64,000 nt of DNA from an uncultured Bacteroidaceae bacterium (GCA_964539395.1 CAZIIU010000014.1:8304-72303), one strand, 5' to 3'. Numbered from the stretch's first letter, positions 27,347 through 37,193 are shown. Program-made: numbers and translations. Notes: generated from the sequence alone by a model not told the origin.

Positions 27347-28099
27347 ATGAAAGACTCTGACAATGGCTATCACATTAGCTTTTTCAAGCCAACTACCGAT
27401 CGGGCCCGCTTCAACAGGGGCATTGTGATTTGGCTCACATCTTTATGGTTTATTGCCATATTTGGATTCCAGATTGCACTTCGGGTACTACAGAAACCAA
27501 CACCTGAACCTCCGTTGATTGCCTTTGAAAGTGTTTGGGAGAAAATCAAAGAGGGTACTTCAGAAAAAGACGAACTTCAGGCATTCGCCCGGTCCACCCT
27601 GTCGGTACTGGGAAAAGTTGCCCTCAACGAAGATGAACGATCGGTCCTTTCAAGTTCAATGAGCTGGTCTGTCCTCCGGCTTTTGCCCGACTCTGCCCGG
27701 TCGGAAATAAGTAAGGAAATATCAGATTTCGAGGTACTGAAAACGAGTGGAATTGCAATTAATGATCCGGAATATATGGATGCTAAAAAGCGGCTTGCAG
27801 ACAAGTTTATACCGTTTATTGGACTTTCAGCACAGGATCCTCTGATCAGGATACTTCCCCTGGAACTCACTGCAGATGCGACCGGATCCCTGTCAGATGA
27901 AACCGTAAGCAAACTTCCTTCCATCATGCAAAAGTACCTGTTGCACAACCAGTCGGTGCTTACAGATACAAAGTTACTCGGATTTCCTTTTCATTATTTC
28001 TACACGTCAGTATTTCTGCTGATTCTCTTCGTAGGATTGTGTTGGCTTTATTGCGTGCGGGCCGACCGAAGGAACAAAATACTGGGAATTGCAGACTAG
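27347..28099 (+). CDS. DUF4212-like solute:sodium symporter small subunit with a large inserted soluble domain
   Basis: N-terminal TM (N..IV..L..LWF....GF) and C-terminal LLGFPFHYF...ILFVGL.W.Y....D motif; directly upstream of an ActP-like gene. Confidence 0.7.
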   Translation: MKDSDNGYHISFFKPTTDRARFNRGIVIWLTSLWFIAIFGFQIALRVLQKPTPEPPLIAFESVWEKIKEGTSEKDELQAFARSTLSVLGKVALNEDERSVLSSSMSWSVLRLLPDSARSEISKEISDFEVLKTSGIAINDPEYMDAKKRLADKFIPFIGLSAQDPLIRILPLELTADATGSLSDETVSKLPSIMQKYLLHNQSVLTDTKLLGFPFHYFYTSVFLLILFVGLCWLYCVRADRRNKILGIAD

Positions 28100-28125
28100 T
28101 TTGTTGATTTCAAATTACGAACATC

Positions 28126-29796
28126 ATGAAAAAAATATATAGCATACTTACTATTCTCGGGATGCCTGTGCTAACCAGGGCTGCTGCAGTCGCAACCGAA
28201 CTCGAAGGCAGTTTTCAGACCGGACCTGCCATTATTCTGCTGTTCATTCTTGTTCTGTTTGTCATGGTAGGAATCTTCTTCCGTGCAAAGAATACCAATG
28301 ATTATTACGCTGCCGGCCGCGGAATCTCCAAGGTGGGATCGGGAATGGCCATCGCATCCAACTGGATGAGTGCCGCCTCCTTTCTGGGGATGGCAGCCCT
28401 GATGTATGGTTCAGGGTATCACGGACTGGCATATGTGGTGGGGTGGACAGGTGGCTATGTGCTCCTCTTGATACTGATGGCCGGTCAGATCCGGAAATAT
28501 GGTAAATATACCGCAGCCGACTTTATCGGTGACCGCTACTACTCCCAATCACTCAGAGCAGTCGGCGCCATCATTGCCATCTTCATTTCGATCGCTTACT
28601 GTGTCGGTCAGTTCGGAGGTATCGGACTCATGTTTAAATGGATACTGGGGATTGACTATGCACTCGCAGTGATTATCGGGGGAACGGTGGTGCTGGCCTA
28701 TACACTCATTTCAGGAATGCTGGGGGTAACTAAAAACATGCAGATTCAGTACGTTATCATTATTACATCGTTTTTGATTCCCCTCTTCATTCTTCATTTC
28801 AAATTTGACTACTTCTGGGTGCTTCCGCAGATCGGATACGGCTCTCTCGTATCAGATATCGTTTCAGGTGTTCCCCTGGCTGAAACCGGACAGCTTTTCA
28901 ACAGCCTCGGTCATGAATTTGCCATGGCCCCTGCGCCTGAATTTGCCATGCCGTGGGATCCTGCCACAGGTAAAACCTTCTTCCAGTGGATCGCCATTGC
29001 CTTTTCGCTGATGGTGGGTACCGCCGGGCTCCCCCATGTGATCCAGCGTTTTTATGTCGTTCCAAAGGCAAGTGATGCCCGCTGGTCGGTGGTGTGGGGA
29101 CTCTTCTTCATTTGTATCCTCTATTGGAGCGCACCCGCTTACGCAGCATTCGGAAAGATCCTCTCCTCGAATCCGGAAGTGGGAAAACTGGCTAAAGATG
29201 CAATCGTTGTATATACCGCACAGCTCGGAAACGTACACCCGCTGATCGTCGGCTTGCTGGCCGCAGGAGGTGTATCCGCTGCTTTTTCAACTGTATCCGG
29301 ACTCCTCGTCGCGGGGTCATCAGCCTTTGCCCACGACCTATACGTAAAAGTGATCAATCCGGATGCCAAACCACGGAACCAATTGATCGCTGCCAGGCTG
29401 GGCACTATTTTAATGGCCATTATTGTAACTGTTATCGCACTTGCTGAGCTTGCGCTGATCGGCGAATTGGTTGCAGTGGCCTTCTCCCTGGCTGGCTGTA
29501 CTATTTTTCCTCTGTTTCTCCTGGGTATCTGGTGGAGCGGCTCTAACAAGCAGGGTGCCATTGCCGGTCTTACTGCCGGCGGACTGGTATCTGTGGTTGC
29601 CCTGACCTATTTTATAGCAGGTAAAATGGGAGCCGTACTTCCGGCACATGAATTCATCAGTTACTGGCTGGAGGCCTGGTATTTTGCTATCTTTGGTGCA
29701 CCCCTGGCAATCATCGTCAATATTGTTGTATCCAAACTCACAAAGGAAACTCCGGTTGAGGTCCGGAAATTCCTGGTAGAAAATGTACATTCTTAA
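28126..29796 (+). CDS. Cation/acetate symporter ActP-like (SSS family)
   Basis: DYYAAGRGI, GMAIASNWMSAASFLG, GWTGGY, DFIGDRY, LMVGTAGLPHV..RFY.VP, AAFST.SGLL. Confidence 0.9.
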   Translation: MKKIYSILTILGMPVLTRAAAVATELEGSFQTGPAIILLFILVLFVMVGIFFRAKNTNDYYAAGRGISKVGSGMAIASNWMSAASFLGMAALMYGSGYHGLAYVVGWTGGYVLLLILMAGQIRKYGKYTAADFIGDRYYSQSLRAVGAIIAIFISIAYCVGQFGGIGLMFKWILGIDYALAVIIGGTVVLAYTLISGMLGVTKNMQIQYVIIITSFLIPLFILHFKFDYFWVLPQIGYGSLVSDIVSGVPLAETGQLFNSLGHEFAMAPAPEFAMPWDPATGKTFFQWIAIAFSLMVGTAGLPHVIQRFYVVPKASDARWSVVWGLFFICILYWSAPAYAAFGKILSSNPEVGKLAKDAIVVYTAQLGNVHPLIVGLLAAGGVSAAFSTVSGLLVAGSSAFAHDLYVKVINPDAKPRNQLIAARLGTILMAIIVTVIALAELALIGELVAVAFSLAGCTIFPLFLLGIWWSGSNKQGAIAGLTAGGLVSVVALTYFIAGKMGAVLPAHEFISYWLEAWYFAIFGAPLAIIVNIVVSKLTKETPVEVRKFLVENVHS

Positions 29797-30554
29797 TGGT
29801 CCGAATTGGTAAATCCGCAAGAACACTCATCCTCGTAATGGGTGTTCTTGTTTTAATTGCCATTGTCTTCCTGCAAAGATTCTACAGTGAAAAGAATTCT
29901 TCTGTTGATCCGAGGATCAGGCCCGCACGCGAACTTTATAAAAAATACAACAGTTTTGCAGCGGCCAATCAATTCGATTCGGTCCTTGCACTTATGGACA
30001 CGATTGAGGCGATCTATCGCTCAACCGACCATTATGCGAACTCGTTTGAGGTAGGTGTCCTGTATAACAACAGGGCAGCAGCATGGCTCACCGCAGGACT
30101 GTTTGGAGAGTCAGTTACGGGTCCCGGGAGAGACTCTCTCTTACTAAAGGCTGAAAAAGCTGTCCGTAAAAGCATTCGTATTTATGAGTCCTGGAAGGAT
30201 GAATATATGCACCTGGATGAGTCTCAGCTTCGCAATCTCCTTTCAGGAAGTTTTATGAAAGGGTTGAATGGCATGAATAGCGAAGAAAGCGAACGTTTTT
30301 TCCGCACAAGAATCACAGAAATAGTTGAGGCTCAGACTGAAATAGATCGCAGGTTATCGGTAAGCTATACAAATCTCGGCATGGTCTGCCGTCACAACGA
30401 AAAATATGATTCGGCAGCAATCAACTATAAAAAGGCACTGGAACTATGGGAACGGAACCTTACAGCAAAGAACAACCTGAATACCCTGTTCGGGCAACCA
30501 CATATAAAACGGAACTTTATCGAACGACTGTTCCCGCCTGAAAGAATTAAGTAA
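29796..30554 (+). CDS. Membrane-anchored tetratricopeptide repeat protein
   Basis: N-terminal TM; GVLYNNRAA and SVSYTNLGMV...YDSA..NYKKAL TPR helices; TAATG coupling to the symporter. Confidence 0.78.
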   Translation: MVRIGKSARTLILVMGVLVLIAIVFLQRFYSEKNSSVDPRIRPARELYKKYNSFAAANQFDSVLALMDTIEAIYRSTDHYANSFEVGVLYNNRAAAWLTAGLFGESVTGPGRDSLLLKAEKAVRKSIRIYESWKDEYMHLDESQLRNLLSGSFMKGLNGMNSEESERFFRTRITEIVEAQTEIDRRLSVSYTNLGMVCRHNEKYDSAAINYKKALELWERNLTAKNNLNTLFGQPHIKRNFIERLFPPERIK

Positions 30555-30751
30555 ATATGATTGGCTTATTTAACCGGTTTGCTGTCCTATTAATAATTCC
30601 TGATAATAACAGGAGAGAGTTCTGATCCGTTTGGCAGACATACTACAAAAAATATTGCTATTTTTATTGCCTGTCCGGAAGAAAAAGGCACAAAAACATG
30701 TATCAGATCATCAAGATCAAATTTTATAAATACAACCAAAAAAGAAAAAAC

Positions 30752-32053
30752 ATGATGCGGAAAAAAAATCTAATAAGCTTTTTGGCCATCATAACCCTGT
30801 TTGCCGACACATTATTTCTTAACGCACAGGAGAAAGAACCGGAATTTGGCATAAAAATATCCGGTTTTGTTAAAAATGATTTTTTCTGGGATTCCCGGCA
30901 AACTGTTGCGGCCCGGGAAGGTCATTTCCTGCTGTGGCCATCTTCTGAGCTGTTATCCATTGACCAGGTTGATATCAATGCAAAGCCCAACTTCAACTTT
31001 CTGGCAATACAGTCACGACTATCTGTTTCCATCAATGGTCCGGATGCTTTCGGGGCCAAAACCTCAGGGATCATCGAAGGAGATTTTTTTGCACAGAGCG
31101 ACGCCAATATCAACCTGCTGCGGCTCCGCCATGCAATGATAAAACTCAACTGGGAAAAGACAGAACTTCTTACCGGCCAATACTGGAACCCGCTGTTCAT
31201 ACCTGCATGCTTTCCCGGAACAGTCTCTTTTAATACCGGAACACCACTGCAATCCTTTGGGAGAAATCCACAGGTAAGGATTACGCATACCATTGGAAGT
31301 CTTCAGGTAATCGCCGCGGCACTTTCTCAGAGGGACTTCGCAACACGCGGACCCGATCCTTCCGACAACACGAAAACGCTGATCAGCTCGCAGTTTTTAA
31401 GAAACTCGGCCATTCCTGACCTGCACCTGCAGCTACATTACAAAAACGTCTCCTCCGGATCACCTGTCACACTGCTGGCTGGTGCAGGAGTCGCTTATAA
31501 AACTATCGTTCCAAGGCTTTCAAGCGACTGGTTGTCAGAGACGCATAAGGTTGATGAAAAGATTAGCGGCTTTACCGCCATTGCATTTTCAAAAATAACC
31601 ACTGGTCCTGTAACGATCAAGCTACAGGGACGATACGGGGAGAATATTGCAGATGTACTCTCAATCAGCGGATTCGCAGTTAAGCGAGTGGAAAGTATTG
31701 TGACCGGCCGGCAAAGCTACACTCCTCTGCGTAACCTTACCTTCTGGGGAGAAGTGCATACGAACGGCAGTAAGATACAGACAGGCGTTTTTGGTGGTAT
31801 CCTCACCAACATGGGAACCAAAGAACCTTTATCAAGTGCGGGCAACGCGGTTTATGGTCACGGCACCAATATTGCCTCTCTGTGGCGGGTCTCACCACGA
31901 TTGATATTCATTTCTAATAAAACAAAGATTGCGCTGGAGCTAGAGTATACCACTGCAGCTTATGGTAGTGATTATGATGTAAACTATATCCCCGGAACAC
32001 TTACCCCGGTGTCAAATACCAGGGGACTGATGAGTGTTATCTACTCTTTTTGA
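30752..32053 (+). CDS. Outer-membrane porin-like beta-barrel (DcaP-like)
   Basis: Signal peptide, ISGFVKND.FWD, SRL, IEGDF, LRLRHA, LLTGQYW, RNPQVR, C-terminal YSF. Confidence 0.65.
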   Translation: MMRKKNLISFLAIITLFADTLFLNAQEKEPEFGIKISGFVKNDFFWDSRQTVAAREGHFLLWPSSELLSIDQVDINAKPNFNFLAIQSRLSVSINGPDAFGAKTSGIIEGDFFAQSDANINLLRLRHAMIKLNWEKTELLTGQYWNPLFIPACFPGTVSFNTGTPLQSFGRNPQVRITHTIGSLQVIAAALSQRDFATRGPDPSDNTKTLISSQFLRNSAIPDLHLQLHYKNVSSGSPVTLLAGAGVAYKTIVPRLSSDWLSETHKVDEKISGFTAIAFSKITTGPVTIKLQGRYGENIADVLSISGFAVKRVESIVTGRQSYTPLRNLTFWGEVHTNGSKIQTGVFGGILTNMGTKEPLSSAGNAVYGHGTNIASLWRVSPRLIFISNKTKIALELEYTTAAYGSDYDVNYIPGTLTPVSNTRGLMSVIYSF

Positions 32054-32306
32054 AATTACACTCCTAATGGTTGAGCCCTCGAAGGGAAAAGGAATTGGCA
32101 CTGGATGGAAAAGCTTACCTGGCGCCGACACGAACAAAAGGATAGTAATGAGCGCTCCCTTCTTTCTTCCGAACATTTTCATAAGCAGTCCGCCATGGGA
32201 AGCCTGAGTAAGAGTTTGATGCTAAAGACATTATAATCAATAAAGCAACGGGTGACTTCGTTGTGCATAGGACCCGTATGAGATATTCAGTGGAATGGTA
32301 GAAACC

Positions 32307-34283
32307 CTATTTCCGGCTGATGCCTTTGCGGTGTTTCTTCTTTTCACCAGACCTCTTTTTGCTTTCATGTTTGTAACTGTCCGATTTCCTGCTGTCCGAA
32401 TAGCCGCCATGCGCTACACTGTCCTTCCTCTTCCTTACTGATGATGTGCGGTTGGATATGGCGGTATTTCCTTCGGAGATCTCTACCTTTACCTTTGTTC
32501 CTTCATGCCTGATATCGCGGCTGAATGATCTGAATATCAGATCTTCATGCTGCTTTCCTACTTCGAAGAATGAAAATCCCTTCATGATATCTATCCTGCC
32601 GACTTTAATCTGGCGATTATTGGTGGTATCCAACAGGAGACCGATCAGTTTCACCGGGGTCACATCGTTCCTGCTTCCAAGGTTGATATAAAAACGGCAG
32701 TAGCCACTTTCACCCGTATTCCCTTCCCTGCCAGTGCGCTCGTTTTCAGAACTGTGAATGTCGCTCCGGTTGCTTCGCTTTTCCCTCCGGGATACACGTT
32801 CTTCAAAACCCTCATACCATTCACTCAGATTCCCGTTCCTGCCGGCAGCTTTATCCAGGCTTGCATCACCCCTGGAAACGGCCCCCCTGATTCGCCTGCT
32901 AGACTGACCGCTCGTGCCACCATCGAGGTCACCTCTCCTGTCTTTCCGCCTGTCGGCCTCAACATTCAGATCGGGTGCATTTTTATAGTAATTGAGAAAA
33001 CGGTTAAACTCAACAGACACAAACTTCTTGATAAGCTCCTCCTTGCTGAGCCACTCCAGCTTTTTATATATCTCCGGCAGAAACTGGTCGATCTCCCTGT
33101 CGGCCGTCACCACCTTCTCCATATTGCTCACAAGGTTGAATAGCTGCTTTTTGCAAATCTCTTTCCCGCCTGGAACCATCACCCTTTGAAATTTCTTTTT
33201 TGTAATTTTTTCAAGTTCCCTGATCTTACCGGTTTCACGGGTATGGATAATTGTAATGGAGGTTCCGCTTTTCCCCGCCCTGCCAGTCCGCCCGCTGCGA
33301 TGGATATATATTTCCAGGTCGTCGGGAAGATTATAGTTGATCACATGGGTCAGTTCATTCACATCCAGTCCGCGCGCTGCTACATCGGTGGCCACGAGCA
33401 TCTGCAACTGTTTTTTTCTGAACCGGTTCATCACATATTCACGCTGTGCCTGTGAGAGATCACCATGCAGCGCATCAGCGTTATACCCGTCGTTCATCAG
33501 CATATCAGCCACATCCTTTGTCTCCTGTCTTGTCCTGCAGAAGACGATTCCATATATGTCGGGTTGCATATCGGCGATACGCTTCAGCACCTCATACCGG
33601 TTCTTCGCCTGTGTCATGTAGTACTCATGCTCCACATTCTCAGCACCGGCGTTTTTCGCGCCGACCGAGATCTCAAGCGGGGCACTCATGTATTTATTGG
33701 CAATATGGAATACCTGCTTAGGCATGGTGGCGGAAAAGAGGAGCGTCTGCTTTTCTTTGGGCGTTCCCCCGAGAATGGCGTCGAGCTCCTCCTTGAAACC
33801 CATCTGGAGCATCTCATCGGCTTCGTCGAGTACCAGCCAGCGAATCTTTTCTATCTTCAGCACCCTGCGGTCGATCAGGTCGCGCACACGGCCGGGCGTA
33901 CCCACTACAATCTGAGCGCCTCTCCTGAGTTTCTGAATCTGCTTATCGATCGGCGCACCCCCATAAACTGGTATTACATGAAAGTCATTGATGTGTTTTG
34001 AAAAATCCTGCAGGTCGCCTGTGATCTGCATGCAGAGCTCACGCGTCGGACAAAGGATCAGCGCCTGGACCGAGGGATCTCTCATGTCGGTGTTCTGGAT
34101 CAGCGGAAGACCGAATGCAGCAGTTTTTCCTGTCCCCGTTTGTGCCAGGGCAATCAGATCCTGTTGTTCCTTGATAAGGTGTGGGATTACCTTCTCCTGG
34201 ATAGGAGTCGGTTCGGTGAAGCCTAATTCACTGACTGCTTTTAATATGGGATCAGCCAATCCCATTTCATTAAATTGTACCAT
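32307..34283 (-). CDS. deaD: DEAD-box RNA helicase DeaD/CsdA-like with C-terminal DbpA RNA-binding domain
   Basis: Q motif PTPIQ, AQTGTGKT, PTREL, GTPGR, LDEADEM, FSAT, ATDVAARGLD, HRSGRTGRAG; start MVQF at 34283. Confidence 0.92.
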   Translation of the reverse strand: MVQFNEMGLADPILKAVSELGFTEPTPIQEKVIPHLIKEQQDLIALAQTGTGKTAAFGLPLIQNTDMRDPSVQALILCPTRELCMQITGDLQDFSKHINDFHVIPVYGGAPIDKQIQKLRRGAQIVVGTPGRVRDLIDRRVLKIEKIRWLVLDEADEMLQMGFKEELDAILGGTPKEKQTLLFSATMPKQVFHIANKYMSAPLEISVGAKNAGAENVEHEYYMTQAKNRYEVLKRIADMQPDIYGIVFCRTRQETKDVADMLMNDGYNADALHGDLSQAQREYVMNRFRKKQLQMLVATDVAARGLDVNELTHVINYNLPDDLEIYIHRSGRTGRAGKSGTSITIIHTRETGKIRELEKITKKKFQRVMVPGGKEICKKQLFNLVSNMEKVVTADREIDQFLPEIYKKLEWLSKEELIKKFVSVEFNRFLNYYKNAPDLNVEADRRKDRRGDLDGGTSGQSSRRIRGAVSRGDASLDKAAGRNGNLSEWYEGFEERVSRREKRSNRSDIHSSENERTGREGNTGESGYCRFYINLGSRNDVTPVKLIGLLLDTTNNRQIKVGRIDIMKGFSFFEVGKQHEDLIFRSFSRDIRHEGTKVKVEISEGNTAISNRTSSVRKRKDSVAHGGYSDSRKSDSYKHESKKRSGEKKKHRKGISRK

Positions 34284-34484
34284 TTTTCTGTATTTAATCC
34301 GATCCCAAAAGGCAGGTGGTGACAAAAATGATCGGATTTTTTCCCGTGGCCGGGAACGCTTGCGCGGTGTACAAAAACCAGGATCGCCGTCTTCCTCTTT
34401 AAATCGAGGCGCGAAGATATAATAAATAATTGAATTTTCGGACATTAACTTCCTAAATGAATCTGGCAGGGACATTTAATATAA

Positions 34485-34606
34485 TCCCGGCTTCAGAGAC
34501 ACCGCACCCGGTAAGCATGATGTGCGCCTAAGTAACGTTCCCGGCTTCAGAGACACCGCACCCGGGAAGCATGATGTGCACCTATGTAATATTCCCGGCT
34601 TCAGAC
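34485..34606. repeat. 54-bp intergenic tandem repeat, ~2.3 copies
   Basis: TCCCGGCTTCAGAGACACCGCACCCGG.AAGCATGATGTGC.CCTA.GTAA starts at 34485 and 34539; partial third at 34593. Confidence 0.9.
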
Positions 34607-34695
34607 CGGCAAATAAAGTCCCACCCCCCGGCGTGACGAAATCTCTGTGGCTGGAAGGTCTGCTTACAACCCTATCCCCGTTAGAGGCGACATAT

Positions 34696-34743
34696 TATGT
34701 CATATTGTCATGTTTTTACTGATAAGTATGTCGCATTGTCATG
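34696..34743 (+). promoter_or_regulatory. Direct-repeat pair TATGTCnnATTGTCATG, candidate activator sites for hsp20
   Basis: 17-mers at 34696-34712 and 34727-34743, 31 bp apart. Confidence 0.5.
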
Positions 34744-34843
34744 CTTATGTTTGTCTGGTCAGTGCGACCAAGACCAACTAAATACAATTTATCGCCTGTT
34801 TTTCAATGTATTATAAAATCCTGTAAACATCTTTACTGCACCG

Positions 34844-34859
34844 TTGGCATTTTATTTGA
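34844..34859 (+). promoter_or_regulatory. sigma54-like -24/-12 promoter upstream of hsp20
   Basis: TTGGCATTTTATTTGA = GG-N10-GA, 58 nt before the ATG. Confidence 0.5.
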
Positions 34860-34917
34860 TCATAAGAGGATAGAAATTATAAATAATGTTTAACTAATAT
34901 TTAAGGAGGGAATAATC

Positions 34918-35370
34918 ATGACACTCGCAAGATTATCTAACAACTGGACACCATCGTTTCCTTCTTTATTCGAAAGATTTTTTGAAGGAGATATGATGGA
35001 TTGGAACAACTCGAATTATGCAAGCACCAACTCTACGCTGCCGGCTGTGAACATCAAGGAGGATGACGATGAATTTCAGCTGGAAGTTGCTGCACCGGGA
35101 ATGAAGAAAGACGATTTCAAACTGAATTTCGAAAATGGCCGTCTGACAATCTGCTCAGAGCGCAAGCATGAGTCAGAGGAGAAAGAGGGAGAAAAGGTTA
35201 CCCGGAGAGAATTCAGCTACCAGTCATTCCAGCGTTCATTCACAGTACCTGAGAATATTGTTGATGCTGAGAAGATTAAGGCTTCCTACACCGATGGTAT
35301 TCTGAATATCAGACTGCCAAAGAGGGAGGAGGTAAAGCCGAAACCCCCCAAAGAGATTAAAATCTCATAA
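34918..35370 (+). CDS. Small heat shock protein Hsp20/alpha-crystallin
   Basis: PAVNIKE, LEVAAPG.KK.DF, RREFSYQSFQRSF, ASY.DGIL.I.LPK; AAGGAGG upstream. Confidence 0.95.
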   Translation: MTLARLSNNWTPSFPSLFERFFEGDMMDWNNSNYASTNSTLPAVNIKEDDDEFQLEVAAPGMKKDDFKLNFENGRLTICSERKHESEEKEGEKVTRREFSYQSFQRSFTVPENIVDAEKIKASYTDGILNIRLPKREEVKPKPPKEIKIS

Positions 35371-35448
35371 GGGAATTCGAAAGGTTAAATAATAGGAATG
35401 CCTCGGTAAAGAAGGTATTCCTTTTATAAATACCGATAATAATTGCAC

Positions 35449-35482
35449 AGAGACTGTCAGTTTGTGACAGTCTCTTTTTTTT
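35449..35482 (+). terminator. Rho-independent terminator after hsp20
   Basis: AGAGACTGTCA-gtttg-TGACAGTCTCT followed by a T run; a second hairpin at 35394-35422. Confidence 0.75.
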
Positions 35483-35689
35483 CTGAACGACATATCACAA
35501 AACCACTTTGTTTACACTGCACGTTTGTTCGGATCATCCTTTTGCTGTTTATTGCTGTAAGTGAAAATAACAGGATTGAAAGCAGGAATCCAGCTATAAT
35601 TGACTGATAATAGTCTTCATGCCGGTATGGTTGTATAAACCGCTTTCAGTTAAAAAAAGTTGATGAATATTTACAACGCTCTTTTATAA

Positions 35690-35712
35690 TGAGAATATTC
35701 TCACTATATTTG
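35690..35712 (+). promoter_or_regulatory. Perfect palindrome TGAGAATATTCTCA abutting a TATATTTG -7 element (candidate operator/promoter of the DUF134 operon)
   Basis: 14-bp perfect inverted repeat at 35690-35703; TATATTTG at 35705-35712. Confidence 0.6.
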
Positions 35713-35863
35713 CAGAACTGGTAACCAATTTAACCTTTAAGGGTTTTTCTGATGAACAATAATACAAGTACAGAGATACTCAGGCGATACCCAACAGAGA
35801 AGCTGAGTCAGATGGCCGGGTAAAACCGTTCAAATGATTTCCTTTAAAGGTTGACCGCAAACA

Positions 35864-36271
35864 ATGCCAAGAAGAAGAAAACCGAGAAAAGTTGTAGCCC
35901 CGCCAGGGTTTAAAGGCTATCGCCCGTATGGCGTTCAGGTGAATAACAGGGAGGGTGTTAATTTGCTTTACGAGGAATATGAGGCTATTAAGCTTGCTGA
36001 TTATGACCAGATGAATCATTTGCAGGCGAGTAAACTGATGGGTATTTCGAGACCCACCTTTGCAAGAATCTATGAAAGTGCCCGTCGAAAGATAGCAATT
36101 GCACTAACGGAATCGAGAGCTATCATAACAAGTTATGGAAACGCTGTGATGGATGAAAGCTGGAAACTTTGCTTCAGGTGTCATGCAAGATTCACGATAC
36201 CTGTCAGCATGAATAAAGAGAATTGTCCGGTCTGTGGTGCTGAAGAAACTGGAAGTGTGAAACCAGATTAA
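35864..36271 (+). CDS. DUF134 (UPF0251) HTH protein with C-terminal zinc ribbon
   Basis: MPRRRKPRKV, EEYEAIKLADY, MGISRPTFARI..SARRKIA.AL, C..C...CPVCG. Confidence 0.9.
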   Translation: MPRRRKPRKVVAPPGFKGYRPYGVQVNNREGVNLLYEEYEAIKLADYDQMNHLQASKLMGISRPTFARIYESARRKIAIALTESRAIITSYGNAVMDESWKLCFRCHARFTIPVSMNKENCPVCGAEETGSVKPD

Positions 36272-36296
36272 ACAAAACCTAAATTCAGAGCATAAC

Positions 36297-36614
36297 ATGA
36301 AAACTATTATTACGGCAACCGGTAAAAAGCTATCTGCGCCTTTTGATATGAGATTTGGAAGGGCAGCCTGGTTTTGCCTGTACGATCACGAAACAGGGAA
36401 AACAACATTTCACGAGAATTTCCATATAGACGATGGTCATGGCGCCGGACAGAAAGCCGCAGAATTCGCATATGAACTAGGGGCAGCAAGAGTAATCTCG
36501 GGCGATTTCGGTCCAAAAGCAAAGGATATTCTTGACAGGCTCAAAATACAGATGGTAATTATTGAAAATGAAAACCAAACGATTGAAAAAGTGATCAGGA
36601 AACTCAAAGAGTAA
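36297..36614 (+). CDS. NifB/NifX family (dinitrogenase FeMo-cofactor-binding domain) protein
   Basis: RFGRAAWF, GHGAG..AA, VISGDFGPKA. Confidence 0.88.
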   Translation: MKTIITATGKKLSAPFDMRFGRAAWFCLYDHETGKTTFHENFHIDDGHGAGQKAAEFAYELGAARVISGDFGPKAKDILDRLKIQMVIIENENQTIEKVIRKLKE

Positions 36615-36679
36615 AGAACTTCTGTCACGTCACACGACTTTGTGGACAGATAGTACAGTAACCTTTAAAATTAGTAATC

Positions 36680-36955
36680 ATGCCAGGATTTGACAGAACA
36701 GGACCCGGAGGTGAGGGTCCGCGAACAGGAAGGGGATTGGGAAAATGCAATCCCGGAAAAGACAGAGATCTAATCAACGAAGATGATGATCAGAGAGCAG
36801 GCCGGGGAAGAGGCCTACGACCTGGATCAGGATGGTGGAAAGGCAGAAACCCGGGCGCAGGACAGGGACGCCGGTCAGGCCTTGGATCCGGGCAAAGATC
36901 CGGTGGCCGGGGCACCGGCCGGGGCTATGGCTCCGGAACTGACTTTGATCAGTAA
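36680..36955 (+). CDS. DUF5320-like Gly/Arg-rich protein
   Basis: MPGFDRTGPGGEGPRTGRGLGKC followed by GR-rich low-complexity tail. Confidence 0.82.
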   Translation: MPGFDRTGPGGEGPRTGRGLGKCNPGKDRDLINEDDDQRAGRGRGLRPGSGWWKGRNPGAGQGRRSGLGSGQRSGGRGTGRGYGSGTDFDQ

Positions 36956-37193
36956 AGGGTTCTGGTCAGGAGTACAACCTTGTCCCTGAAAGGATTCCGA
37001 ATATTAATCCAAATCTGTAAAAGTAATATTCCCGTGCAGAAAAGAAAGCAAAGGGAATTATAAGCAGAAGGCAATAGATATTCGGAACAGCTGCTCAATT
37101 AGAATTACATGCTCCTGCTGCATACCAGCTCTTTTGAAGAATACCTGGTATACAATAATATAATTATGCTTAACAGAAAAACAAATTGAACAA

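Noticed and set aside
34284-34475. 64-aa N-terminal extension of DeaD in the ORF track
   Set aside because: Covers promoter-like and leader sequence; the Q-motif region begins at MVQF (34283). Similar over-extensions were trimmed for ablA, ablB, marR, GT4, the NHL protein and ytxH.
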